IMG/VR virus record: IMGVR_UViG_2061766007_000718
Length of the DNA stretch: 64,000 nt
Direction: 5' to 3' (one strand)
Source of the DNA: an uncultured virus (IMG/VR IMGVR_UViG_2061766007_000718)
Lineage: Duplodnaviria > Heunggongvirae > Uroviricota > Caudoviricetes
Shown here: piece after piece, positions 9,233-19,854 of the stretch
How positions within the stretch are numbered: the first letter of the stretch is position 1
Layout of the letters: each line of letters starts with the position of its first letter
Notes under the pieces: generated by a model
Told to the model about the DNA's origin: nothing
Databases searched by the model: none
Seen by the model: the letters and a program-made list of their open reading frames with translations, nothing else
Made by a program: the position numbers and the translations under genes

Positions 9233-10760
9233 TTACAAGCCCATTGAGATTCGATATTCCTCGCTTATACAAGCATCGTGATATGCAGCATTAAATGCCA
9301 CATGGTCATATCGTCTGAGCATTGTCCCGTAATTACCATTCCGATGCCTTTTGGCGATAACCAAATCTTCATCCGATACTGGCAACTCATTCAGAACTTC
9401 CTCAAATTCCTTTCTGCTCAACCTATTCATAATTACTCCAATTTCCACATCATTAAAACCAATCTATGTAGATGAAATCCGCATCGGAATAGCAATTCTC
9501 ATTGCTGGACAACTCAATCCACGACTTAAACAAATCAACTAATTTCCTGACGGTAAAACCTTCGAAAAGGATTTCATTGTATTCCATCTGCTCTAACTTT
9601 TTCACAAGCTCATTCAAACCGCTTTTGGAAATCTGCCAGTTGGGATTGTAACTACACCAATCAGCATCAACTTCTGAATATGTAGTTATAATGCCTTCTT
9701 CAACCAAGAAATTTTCAAGGTTTTCACAATCGTGATTGAACAACGGAATACTCTTGTATTCCACTATGCTTTTCGTTCTTATCTTTGCCTGTCTGCTCAT
9801 TTTTCTACATTTTATTTGTTGCTAATTCTTATTACTCAAATGCTGAGAAATCAAACCATCAAGGACGCGCGACAGACCACGAGGTCTGCGCTCAATACCA
9901 GTCTTTGTAACTGCACATTTTTGTAACAGCAGCTTTTGTCGCTGTAACAATAACATATTATCTATCAGCTTAATTTCCGACAAACATTCCTGTGCAGTCT
10001 GTACTGGTGGAACATCATCCGTTCCCTCAAACATAACATCAGCAAGAACCTCGAACTCCTTTTCCTTAATCACTTTAAAACCTTTCTTTGCTTTCATATC
10101 TTTACTAATTTTTGAACTTGTTACCATACTATATCGTTAAGGTCCAGATTCGCTGATATAACAGCAACACCCTCACCTCTGTATTTTCTGCAAAATTTCT
10201 GAACGGCCTTTGAAACCGCATTAGTCGTATCCGCTTCTTTTCCCTGCTTTAATATCACATCTTCAAAAAAGCATTCCATCTTGCTAAAACTCATTGCTTC
10301 AATTGTTACTTTCATAATCAATATTTTTATCTTGTCCGTTAACTATTCTTAATCCCATTCTTCATAATCTTCTTCGTCATCCTCCAGTTCTTCCGGCCTT
10401 TCGTTGCTTTTATATACACGGCTATCAATATCATTGGGAACATCATAATTACCATCATTGATTTGGTCAATTAGCAAAGAAACCATAACGTGGAGCTTTT
10501 GGTTGTACTCTTCATCATTTTTGCAAAAGTCGAGTTCCACAGCAAGATCTGTGACCTCTTTGCTGGCTTTGTCCATAATNNNNNNNNNNNNNNNNNNNNN
10601 NNNNNNNNNNNNNNNNNNNNNNNNNNNNNNNTGTAAACCATTCTCATTGCAGCCCTTACAAATTCTCCTTTTAAGGTATTGCACATTCCTGAGATTGGCA
10701 CCAACTGCTGGTGCAATGAATTCAATTTTTCGTCAATTGCATCTACTTGATTTTGATTNN
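9233..10760 (-). CDS. Cluster of about five small hypothetical genes (9233-9448, 9453-9800, 9822-10127, 10121-10321, 10349 to about 10760)
   Basis: Closely packed co-oriented ORFs, several acidic; the first is broken by gaps. Confidence 0.55.
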
Positions 10761-10777
10761 NNNNNNNNATTACTTTT

Positions 10778-11227
10778 GTGAAAAAATTCAACAGCATGAT
10801 TGACATACGAACAGTAATGGAAAAATATGGGTACTCGAAACAGATGCTCGCAGATAAACTTGGTTGCTCACATCAGTCTATAATGCAACTTGTTAACCCA
10901 GGCTCAAATCCGACCTACAAAAAAATGCAACTTATAGCAGATGCAATGGGTGCCGATATTCGCGAGTTCTTCCCGAGTGCAGAAGACATCAAGATGTCAA
11001 AGGAAATACGAGGCTCTTTCGATTGTCCCGTATGCGGAAAGCCCTTGTTGGTCTCTGTTGAACAATATGCAGAAACGGAAAACAACCGAGGTCGGAAACC
11101 AAGCAAGGATTTAGTATGCCCTCATTGCGGCAAACCTATCTCCATAGTCGTATCAAAAAACAGAAACACCACTCGCTGCATAAGGCGACAGGAAGTTGTC
11201 AGGCAGCAAATGCAGCAAACAGATTAG
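10778..11227 (+). CDS. XRE-type HTH regulator with two zinc ribbons
   Basis: SKQMLADKLGCSHQSI HTH, CPVCGK and CPHCGK. Confidence 0.8.
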   Translation: MKKFNSMIDIRTVMEKYGYSKQMLADKLGCSHQSIMQLVNPGSNPTYKKMQLIADAMGADIREFFPSAEDIKMSKEIRGSFDCPVCGKPLLVSVEQYAETENNRGRKPSKDLVCPHCGKPISIVVSKNRNTTRCIRRQEVVRQQMQQTD

Positions 11228-11685
11228 CATACAAACGAAATCCTGCCTCTATCGGAATACGAATAGTATTCATTAGGCGTTATTATAAGGTGTTCAACAA
11301 ACTCAATACCGATTATATCAAACGCTTCCTTTATGGATTTTGTAAGCAGATCATCATGCCTTGATGGCAGTATGCTTCCGCTCGGATGATTATGCACTAG
11401 GATTACCGACGATGCCAATGTGTCAATAGCATATTTGAGCAAAACCCTTTTATCTATGAAACAACAATCTATCCCGCCTATCGAAACCAAAGCATAGCCG
11501 ATAACCTTATTGCTTCTATTCAGCATAATCATATATGCCTTCTCAATACAACTAATGCTGCTGTCGTACAGGTTCAACGCAAAATTGTACACATCCTCCG
11601 ACTTTAAAACCTGAGAACTCTCAAAAGCAGTATAACATCCTGTTACACTAATCTGATATTCCTTTACTGATTCTTCTTTCATCAT
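11224..11685 (-). CDS. RadC-like JAB domain protein
   Basis: ILVHNHPSGSILPSRHD motif. Confidence 0.9.
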   Translation of the reverse strand: MMKEESVKEYQISVTGCYTAFESSQVLKSEDVYNFALNLYDSSISCIEKAYMIMLNRSNKVIGYALVSIGGIDCCFIDKRVLLKYAIDTLASSVILVHNHPSGSILPSRHDDLLTKSIKEAFDIIGIEFVEHLIITPNEYYSYSDRGRISFVC

Positions 11686-11811
11686 TCATCTATTATTTTG
11701 ATGTAAACTTACTATGTTTCAATAGTTTATGCAAATTATTTAACATAAATTTTGCTTCCCGAATGTAGAAAAGTGCTTGACTTTTAATCACGTATCCGTT
11801 TCATTTGCGAC

Positions 11812-12065
11812 ATGAACAAATCGCAACACATACAACAGCAAGCACAAGACCTATTCTGCCGTATGGTCAAAGCGACCTGCGGTTTTTCCTGCATACGCGA
11901 GTACAAGTTCCACCCTACGCGCAAGTGGCGTTTCGACTACTGCATCCCGGAACGGAAGATAGCAATCGAGGTCGAGGGCGGTGCGTGGATTCAAGGACGG
12001 CACAACCGCGCAGAGGGATTCATTGGAGACATGGAAAAGTACAATACTGCCGCCAGTATGGGGTG
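11812..12065 (+). CDS. PD-(D/E)XK endonuclease (Vsr/DUF559-like); 3' end in gap
   Basis: REYKFHPTRKWRFDY...AIEVEGG...GRH...DMEKYN; palindrome promoter at 11773-11807. Confidence 0.8.
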
Positions 12066-12299
12066 NNNNNNNNNNTTTTTTGCTTTGCGTGAATGTGACA
12101 AAGCGCATCTTCATATTGCCGAGGAGNNNNNNNNNNACAGCAACTACATACCACAGCATTTCTCAACATCGTAAAAGCGACAGCAGAGTATTCTTACACT
12201 CCAGAACTTACATTGTTTTAAAATATCGAAGTATAAAAAATATGCATTTGCTGTTTCGTTTTTCCGCGATTAGAGAAAACAAGTATAACAGATTTGCAT

Positions 12300-13851
12300 T
12301 TACAACAATGCGTCAAGGACTTCCTCGTCCGACATAATTTGCACACTCTCTCCAAAATGTTCGCACATGCCAGAAAGCACATCGGGACCATCATCGTGCG
12401 CATTATGTCCCTCCCTGCGGAACGCCTTGATGTCGTGAGCGAACTCCGGCCAGCGTCTTTCCCAGCCTGTCGGAAAGTACACAAGATTCTGCACTTCTGC
12501 CGAGCGCGTGTATATGCGGACATTCTTGTTTTTGCTTTGCGTGAATGTGACAAAGCGCATCTTCATATTGCCGAGGAGACGGACATTGTGTTCAACATTA
12601 CGCGCAAATCCGCGCCCACCGTTGTTCCCTTCAATAAGCGCTAAAGCAGTATCATTGCGAACAAGCATTTCGGCAGTCACATTTTCCGTGTATTCCATCG
12701 GCTTNNNNNNNNNNTCCTTCGATAAGCGCTAAAGCAGTATCGTTGCGAACAAGCATTTCGGCAGTCACATTTTCCGTGTATTCCATCGGCTTCTTGGTGT
12801 ATATCACATCAGTAACATACATTGCCGTTGGATATTCGACATAACTTATAGAGCACAAGAAGTCCGAACCAGTATCAGCCGTATCGGTGTAGTTTTTGTA
12901 GAACTTCTTCCTGTTGTCTTCGAGAGGCATAATATCATAGGTTCTGAAACTTTCGTACATAAGTCCCTCCATCGGTCTCGGATTCTGCTGATACTGGGTT
13001 TCGTACACAAACGAGTCCGCGCCACGAAGCCGGTGCAATTCTTCAACGGTATGCTTGAACGGCCAAAGCGAATGTTCCTCGCCGTTGTCATCAACCATCA
13101 GGCAAGGCAAAGAAACGACATCCCACAGGTCCGGTTCTATTTCCATAAGATAACCGCAAAGGTCGTGCTCGTGAAGCCTCTGCATTATGATTATTATCGG
13201 AGTGTTCCTATTGTTGGTACGGCTACGGATAGTATTTTCAAACCTTTGGTTGACCTGTTCACGGACATTGTCAGACAACGCCTCGACAGGCTTTATCGGA
13301 TCGTCAATGACGATGGCGCCGCTAAATTCATATTGTCCACCTTCGTCCCGGACAACGCCAGCACCGAATCCTGTTATTTGCCCAAGTGTAGAAGTCGCAT
13401 ACATACAACCGCCTGCAGTTGTAGCCCATTCCGCCTTTGTGTCCTCTCCAGCCTTGATAGCAGTCCAAGGAAACAGCCTCTGGTACTCATCGCTTTCTAT
13501 TATGTCCTTGACAGCAACGGAATTTTGCGTAGCAAGGCTTTTGGAATATGACAGATGAAGAAAGTTTGACTTCGGGTTGACGGCCATTCCCAAGGCAATG
13601 AACATTTGTGACACAAGTAATGTCTTGCCATATCGAGGTGCAATGTTTATGATGAGCTTATTGGTCGGATGGGTTCCGTTCAGTATCTGCGACAACTTGT
13701 CTGCTATTATTGCATGATGATTCCCGACAACAAAACGCCTATTGCTTGTCGCCTTGAACAGATGCCTTGTAAACGCCAACGGGTCTTTACGAAACAGGTT
13801 GAACAGGCATAGGTTGACCTTATCTTCACGCGATAGTTTAGTCATCGGCAA
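12300..13851 (-). CDS. terL: Terminase large subunit (module 2); one gene split by a gap with duplicated overlap
   Basis: INIAPRYGKT Walker A, IVIDDP Walker B, MQRLHEHDL, YTDTADTGSD and HDDGPD nuclease motifs. Confidence 0.9.
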
Positions 13852-14257
13852 GCCTCTTCTTCATTTCTTCTATATCCTCATCCGCCATTATAAATGGCTG
13901 TGTAGGTATTAGCCTTTCTCCATTGTTGCCTGTAATCTCCTGCTTCTCCACCATTTCACCAGTTAGCTTGAACAGCAGTTCACCGCTTTTCGTATTGCCA
14001 TTGAGCGCATCGGTAAGAAAGCGTGCAAGCACCGCCATTCTGTTCGACTGGTCGGCGTCTTTGATTTGCAGCTTGTCAAGATTAGATTTTATTTTCTTGT
14101 TTGAAACTGGTAACGAAAGAAGCATAAGGGCAAGTTCTTTGGCTTCCTTCTTGTTCCTTCGAACCTTGCCACTTGCGATTCCTCCTTTTCTGCCGTTTCT
14201 CTTGGCTTCCTCTCGGCTTTGGTCGCTTGTCTTCGGTATAAGATTTTTATCGTTCAT
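13838..14257 (-). CDS. Terminase small subunit-like protein (module 2)
   Basis: NLIP...REEAKRNGRKGGIASGKVRR motif; overlaps the terL start. Confidence 0.7.
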   Translation of the reverse strand: MNDKNLIPKTSDQSREEAKRNGRKGGIASGKVRRNKKEAKELALMLLSLPVSNKKIKSNLDKLQIKDADQSNRMAVLARFLTDALNGNTKSGELLFKLTGEMVEKQEITGNNGERLIPTQPFIMADEDIEEMKKRLADD

Positions 14258-14306
14258 ATTATAAAATCCTTTCTTGTTTTTCTATTGGTAATTCGTGATT
14301 TATTAG

Positions 14307-14427
14307 TATCTTTGCACCCGGAACAGATGCGGGTCGGAATGCAGGCAATCCCCCGCGAGACCGTAGGTAGTTAATCCTATATCTGGTATGTTCGCTGCAA
14401 AGCCAACCTGCACTGCCCTTTGCTTTA
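14307..14427 (+). ncRNA. Candidate structured small RNA convergent on the CdiA-like nuclease gene
   Basis: -7 box TATCTTTG at 14307-14314, GC-rich multi-stem sequence, 3' hairpin GCAAAG/CTTTGC followed by Ts. Confidence 0.5.
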
Positions 14428-14492
14428 TAATATTGAAAACAAAAATCAACAACATATTTGAAGGAAAAGCACACATTGGTAATTCTCCTAAT

Positions 14493-15005
14493 TTACTTGT
14501 CGTTATGAGAATGCTCATAAACATTTCCAGCTTTTGATATTACGATTATACGCTTAAAGCGATAACTTTTATGCTTCTCATATTCTATTATGCCATCTTC
14601 AACTTCTTGTCTATGGTAATTACTATGTTTATCGTAAACTACGGCCACTTCTGCTCGTTTGTCAGAGGCATGTTCAATAGCTTTCTTAAATGAGGCGCCA
14701 CCTTTTTTGGGCGTTTTTTGTTCAAACGTAAATGAATAGATATAACCTTCTTTTGTTTGAACTGAACCAGTTTCGTCTTTCAATATTACACGATAGCCAG
14801 CTCTGGCCATGTGCCTACCAGCCTCAACCTCTTCGATTTTATGCTTTGCCTTACCTTTCTCTATAGCGAATACACCTCCACTAGTAGTCATTTCTACCTG
14901 TTTATATCTGCCAGACGCATTCATTTCCTCAACAAGTGATTTCACTTCTGCATTAGGCAGACTATATTTATCTACCATCCTATCAGAGCCAAAATCCTTA
15001 GCCAT
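14493..15005 (-). CDS. Stand-alone CdiA C-terminal-like (tRNase-type PD-(D/E)XK) nuclease
   Basis: EVEAGRHMARAGYRVIL...FEQKTP...IEHASDKRAEVAVV resembles CdiA_C family domains. Confidence 0.55.
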   Translation of the reverse strand: MAKDFGSDRMVDKYSLPNAEVKSLVEEMNASGRYKQVEMTTSGGVFAIEKGKAKHKIEEVEAGRHMARAGYRVILKDETGSVQTKEGYIYSFTFEQKTPKKGGASFKKAIEHASDKRAEVAVVYDKHSNYHRQEVEDGIIEYEKHKSYRFKRIIVISKAGNVYEHSHNDK

Positions 15006-15606
15006 TGTTCCGTTCTCCTTTCTCCGTCATAAAGTCTGTAACATAGAGTAGCGAATGTTTCATACAATATTCGTGAATCTCACTTCCGCCACCATACACT
15101 ATCATATTTGGAATATCACGTCCCGAAATATGACAGGCCATCTGGTGTTCCATCTGTAAAGCTTCTAGTTTGCCTCGATACCCACGCGTGGCAAAGGCAT
15201 TGTAGCCATCTGGAATGCCAAGACGATTGTAATCGTAAAACTTTGCGCTAACATTGAGGTCGGCATAAATTGCTATGCCATGGTCCTGCCAAAAGCGGGA
15301 AATCCAACGCTTCCGGTAAATTCTCTCTATTCCACGAGCCACTGGTGTTGTATCAAACAAAGAATAATTTACTTCTACTGCTTGTACTATACCGTTGGCA
15401 ATTATTTTTGCAGGGTTATCCCATATAGTTGCAAACCTATAATCTTCAACATAATAGTGAATTGTTTTTGCTGTCTTCATTTTGAATGCAGTCCCATAAG
15501 GAACAAACGGAAGTTCCAGTTGTCCGGCTTGGCAGTCTATACGCAAGACAGGAATATCAAACTCATTGTCACTTGCAAATAATATGTCTTTGATTTTCTC
15601 TGCCAT
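14998..15606 (-). CDS. DUF4417 family protein
   Basis: FDIPVL...IHYYVEDYRFATIWDNP...NYSLF...IYRKRW; this family commonly lies beside terminases. Confidence 0.8.
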   Translation of the reverse strand: MAEKIKDILFASDNEFDIPVLRIDCQAGQLELPFVPYGTAFKMKTAKTIHYYVEDYRFATIWDNPAKIIANGIVQAVEVNYSLFDTTPVARGIERIYRKRWISRFWQDHGIAIYADLNVSAKFYDYNRLGIPDGYNAFATRGYRGKLEALQMEHQMACHISGRDIPNMIVYGGGSEIHEYCMKHSLLYVTDFMTEKGERNNG

Positions 15607-15644
15607 TGTAATTTATAAACTGTCTATATCATTCATCAACATTG

Positions 15645-15679
15645 CAAAAGAAATGAAAAAGTATTTATAATACAAACAC
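15645..15679 (-). promoter_or_regulatory. Late-type promoter of the DUF4417-nuclease-terminase 2 operon
   Basis: Palindrome GTATTT-N7-AAACAC at 15661-15679, 8 nt spacer, TTCTTTTG box. Confidence 0.65.
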
Positions 15680-15749
15680 TTTTATTTTCAAAAAAGAAGA
15701 AGCCACCAGAATTTATTCCGAATGGCTTCCTGTAATAAAACATATTTTA

Positions 15750-15839
15750 GGGTGGCGGGCAGGAGTCGAACCTGCCTAAGTTGCGAAAAATCTTAACTTG
15801 CAATTTACGCGATGGCTCGCCGTTGCACCATTCGCCACC
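15750..15839 (-). tRNA. tRNA-like element with degenerate anticodon arm
   Basis: Acceptor GGTGGCG/CGCCACC and T-arm GCAGG-TTCGACT-CCTGC intact; no canonical anticodon stem-loop. Confidence 0.55.
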
Positions 15840-16232
15840 TCGTGGAATCTTAATCTTTCTGCAAGTTCACAAGTCTCAACAACCTGCCACACCATTGTTT
15901 GNNNNNNNNNNTGTAGCAAGGCTTTTGGAATATGACAGATGAAGAAAGTTTGACTTCGGGTTNNNNNNNNNNNNNNNNNNNNNNNNNNNNNNNNGTGCAG
16001 ATATTTTAATTCTATATGTAGAGGTACAAAAAAACTGACTTTTAATGTCAGGTGGCATTGCACCGCGTAATTGTTTTAGCGATGCAATGATATTGCATTT
16101 TTTTGATATGGCAAAAAAAATGTACTATTTCATGCATCTTTTTATAAAGTATTTATGTNNNNNNNNNNNNNNNNNNNNGCGATTTCACCGCTTTGCAATA
16201 AATTTGCTCCGAATAACTTAAATGACATAAAT

Positions 16233-16858
16233 ATGAGAAAGATTTTTATGGTATTGATGCTCGGCCTTGTCAGCATCATTTGTTTCGGACAGAACATTGG
16301 GACAGGAACAGCGACTGCAACAGAAACAGTTGAATTTGCAGACAACAGCGAAAGCGAAATTGTAAAACTGATGAACAATGGAAGCACCCTGACAAAAAAG
16401 GAATTTTTTGACCTTCCAGATGTAAAGGGAGTGTCATTCGAAGTCATAATAATCACAGATATGGTAAAGGGCAGCAAGTATGGCGGTCNNNNNNNNNNNN
16501 NNNNNNNNNNNNNNNNNNNNNNNNNNNNNCATATATAGGAACTCTTGACTATTCGGAAATTGACGACTGCATAAATTCAATGAATGTAATCAAAAATGAC
16601 ATATTGCCGACAACTCCAAGCATCTATACCGAAGTCAGATACAAGACAAAAGACTATGTAGAGATGGGCGCTTTATTCTCTCCAAATAATAGCTGGGCAC
16701 TTATACAGGCTCCATCTACAGGGAAATGGTTTGTTTACATATCAACGAAATCGTATCTAAACAATTCTACGGCTATTATTCCGGCAAAGCAGATTGATGC
16801 AATCATAAGCAACCTGCAAGAATCCAAAAGAATAATCGAAGAACAAACTAACAAGTAG
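16233..16858 (+). CDS. Secreted moron protein (gap inside)
   Basis: Signal peptide MRKIFMVLMLGLVSIICFG, own TAAATTTG promoter at 16199, downstream terminator. Confidence 0.65.
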
Positions 16859-16890
16859 GTGCAATGTCGGCAAACTAACTTCACAATCAT

Positions 16891-16920
16891 AAAAATGTGG
16901 GTAAGTTGCCCACATTTTTT
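16891..16920. terminator. Bidirectional rho-independent terminator
   Basis: AAAAATGTGGG-TAAGTTG-CCCACATTTTT between convergent genes. Confidence 0.8.
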
Positions 16921-16923
16921 GTT

Positions 16924-17986
16924 TCATTTTTCCAACTTATCAAGTCGTTGTTGCCACTTGTCAATTATCGGATAAGGATTGTACAATTCATACACGCCTG
17001 AATAATATGTAATCTTCTCTCCATTCCTAATCTTGTCTGCTGCAAAATTTTCTTTGCCATACTTCTTTGCCAACGCCATAACATAATCTTTCTGTCGTTC
17101 CCTCAACCCTGAAAAAAATAATATGGCATATTTCAAAACCCTTTTTTCTTCATCTTTCAACTTTGCCCGCGAATAGATTTTTATAAGACGTTCGTATGCC
17201 GTTGTACCTTGGTATTGATGTGCAAGCAATTCTTCATACCTCCTTGCAGCAGTCTCATAGTCATACTTGCTTTCTGCAACCTTGCCGTCATTGAGCATTT
17301 TGGAAAACTCCCTTTGAATTGCCCACACATTTTTTACTGCTGGACTTTTGAATGCCTTATCAGCCCTGGAGTCATCGCCACTGTTGTAAAAATCAAACTC
17401 CAACATCTTTGATTTGGCAAGTTCAAATTTTTCTCCGAGTGTAACGCCATCAACTTTATACGGTTCTGCTTTTGCAGGAAACNNNNNNNNNNNNNNNGAA
17501 CCTTCTGCTTTTTGCAACATTACCTGCAGTTCCTCGCTATCTCCGAAAACCTCTATCTTCCTACGAATAACCCTGCACAAGTCTTCTTTCCTTTCCAGTC
17601 TTCTATATAGGACAATAAGCCTATCGTAAGATTGAGTAGCCTTGTACCCTATGGCAATATTATCTTCGTATGCCTTTATCGCATCATCTATTCTGCCTTC
17701 TTTTTCGGCAGCACTACCAATATTGTTCAGTTCTGCCGTGCGTTTCAGTCTCTTCTCAAGCTCCTTGTATCTTTTACTTTCGGCTATTGCGCCATCATAT
17801 ATATTGCGAGGCACAAAGAAAANNNNNNNNNNNNNNNNNNNNNNNNNNNNNNNNNNNNNNNNNNNNNNNNNNNNNNNNNNNNNNNNNNNNNNNNNNNNNN
17901 NNNNNNNNNNNNNNNNNNNNNNNNNNNNNNNNNNNNNNNNNNNNNNNNNNNNNNNNNNNNNNNNNNNNNNTATTAAATATACCCAT
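16924..17986 (-). CDS. Moron protein with two TPR-like helical domains (gaps)
   Basis: Repeated units NNIGSAAEKEGRIDDAIKAYE...SYDRL and NDGKVAESKYDYETAARRYE...AYERL; likely start MGIFN at 17986. Confidence 0.65.
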
Positions 17987-18132
17987 AACTATTTTTTTGC
18001 AAATATGGAGATTTTTTTTGACCCTGCAAAAACTGGTGTTAGTCCTACTGGGAATTGAATTGGCGCTGATTATCAAACGGCAAGCAAAAAGACGGACTAA
18101 AACAGGGACTAAACGGAGCGAAGTTCACCATT

Positions 18133-19461
18133 TCACTTGTTGGCGTTTGCATAGTCCCTGCACACATAACTTGTTGATTCCAAGATGTATGAATAGTGCT
18201 TTCTGCAATAGCAGGCATCTTTCGCCTCGACAGTCCCATCGTTTGGCTTATGGAACCAGCAGTTCCTGCAGCAATGTTTTACTTTTTCTCTCATTGGTTG
18301 TTTACTTTTTGTCATTATACCTACATTCCACAAGATTCAGGATAAACAAAGCTTGTTCGTCAAGTTGGTAGGTCTCTTTTAATCTTTTTATTACATCACT
18401 AAAGCATTTGTCTTTCCATTCTGCCATTAACATTGCAGAATTATAGCGTTGCAATTTAATCATTATCTCTTCTCGGAATTTTGTTTCATATTTAGCAAAA
18501 TTAACGCTTAGTACTCTTGCTTTTTCTTCATTTGTCATTGTCCATCCCTTTCAGTATCTTCGTTTTTTAAAAATCTTTCCGCCGTGTCTAATGCCCTGCG
18601 AACTACCTCGATACTTTTCAAATTGTCAAATACCAATTGCACTTGTATGGGGTATTTAGGCGCGTCTTCTTCAAAATCTTCTCCACATTCAAGTTGTTTT
18701 TTCAGTTCTGAGAATGCAACAACTGCTTCTTTTTTATTAACACTATATCCGGACTGGACTGCTATTCCTCCGCCAAATACTACGACGGCAGAACCATTAA
18801 TGTACGATGTTTTTTTCATATCATTATTTTAATAAGTTTTCATCTATAAACTTACCACAGCAAGGACAAATGATATACCTGCCATCTCGATCCATTTGAA
18901 TATCGCTTTCGCTTACTTTCAGTTTAGATTTACAACGTGGGCATTTGACCTTAAATGTGGTTTCCTTATAATTGTTCTTTATAATTTTCATAGTGTTTCT
19001 CCTTTCATCCATTCTTTGGTATTGTTAAAATAAGTATCGTATTTGTACTTTGAAAGGTCTTCATTTGCAATATTATCAAGCCTATACTGGTACTTGTCTC
19101 TTTTTTCAACAAGGTCTTGCTTTCCATATCCAAACAAATCATCCGCACAAGCCTCAATCTTCCTATTCATCTCTGTAACTTTTGCCTTCAAACTCCTCTC
19201 TATACTTTTCCGTTTATCTTGCAGATATTTTTCCGAAAACCAGTATTTTAGTTCTGGCGTGACTTGATAACAACGCAAATAAACTCGCCTTTTCGGATGA
19301 ACCACTTGTATTCGCGCTGTCAAATAGCGGAAGAACCAACTATACCTTTCATAAAAAAAGTAAGGTATAAGATTAAAATAAACCATTTTGTCAGGTATGT
19401 TAGAATTTTTGATACACACCGTAATCTTTACACAAACCTCTATGTCTTTAAGGCTAAACAT
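18133..19461 (-). CDS. Five small accessory genes, including Cys-rich/zinc-finger proteins (18133-18333, 18824-19012)
   Basis: Overlapping co-oriented ORFs with CxxC motifs. Confidence 0.55.
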
Positions 19462-19462
19462 A

Positions 19463-19849
19463 TTACTTCTTTTTTATTAGTTCTGGATTATCATGTATAT
19501 TGCCAACCACTTCCAAGTCCGGCCATTTTTTTAAGAACATTCCGAGCACATCACTGCTAAGGAAGCCTTTCGGCCATCTAAGGCGGAATGCAGCTTCTTT
19601 CTTGCTGAACACTACGGTAAGATAATAATCCCTTTCTTCGTCCCTTAGCAACAGCAGGTCGTGTTCAAATATAGGCACATTCCTCGAATCGGACAATCCT
19701 GTATATTGTCCTACAGTTTTTCTATCTACGGAATACAACGCACCGCCACACTGTTCGATTATCCACCATTGATGGTTTCCGAATACAATGCCGCCATGCT
19801 TCCATGTTCCATAGTCAATGCTTTTTCCTCTGAAAATAAATGGTCTCAT
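19463..19849 (-). CDS. YopX family protein
   Basis: FRGKS...W..G, VGQYTGL.D, IFEHD, EVVGNIHDNPEL. Confidence 0.9.
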   Translation of the reverse strand: MRPFIFRGKSIDYGTWKHGGIVFGNHQWWIIEQCGGALYSVDRKTVGQYTGLSDSRNVPIFEHDLLLLRDEERDYYLTVVFSKKEAAFRLRWPKGFLSSDVLGMFLKKWPDLEVVGNIHDNPELIKKK

Positions 19850-19854
19850 AAATT

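Noticed and set aside
12076..12794. Repeated terL segments (12076-12126, 12630-12704) and apparent split terminase
   Set aside because: Gap-flanked copies of neighbouring sequence; assembly artefact
14320..14425. Identification of the small RNA as a known self-cleaving ribozyme
   Set aside because: I could not fit hammerhead, twister, pistol or HDV-like cores by eye; an Rfam search is needed
15912..15962. 51 bp copy of terL sequence that might be a spacer or DGR template
   Set aside because: Isolated between gaps, no flanking repeats and no adenine-biased mismatches
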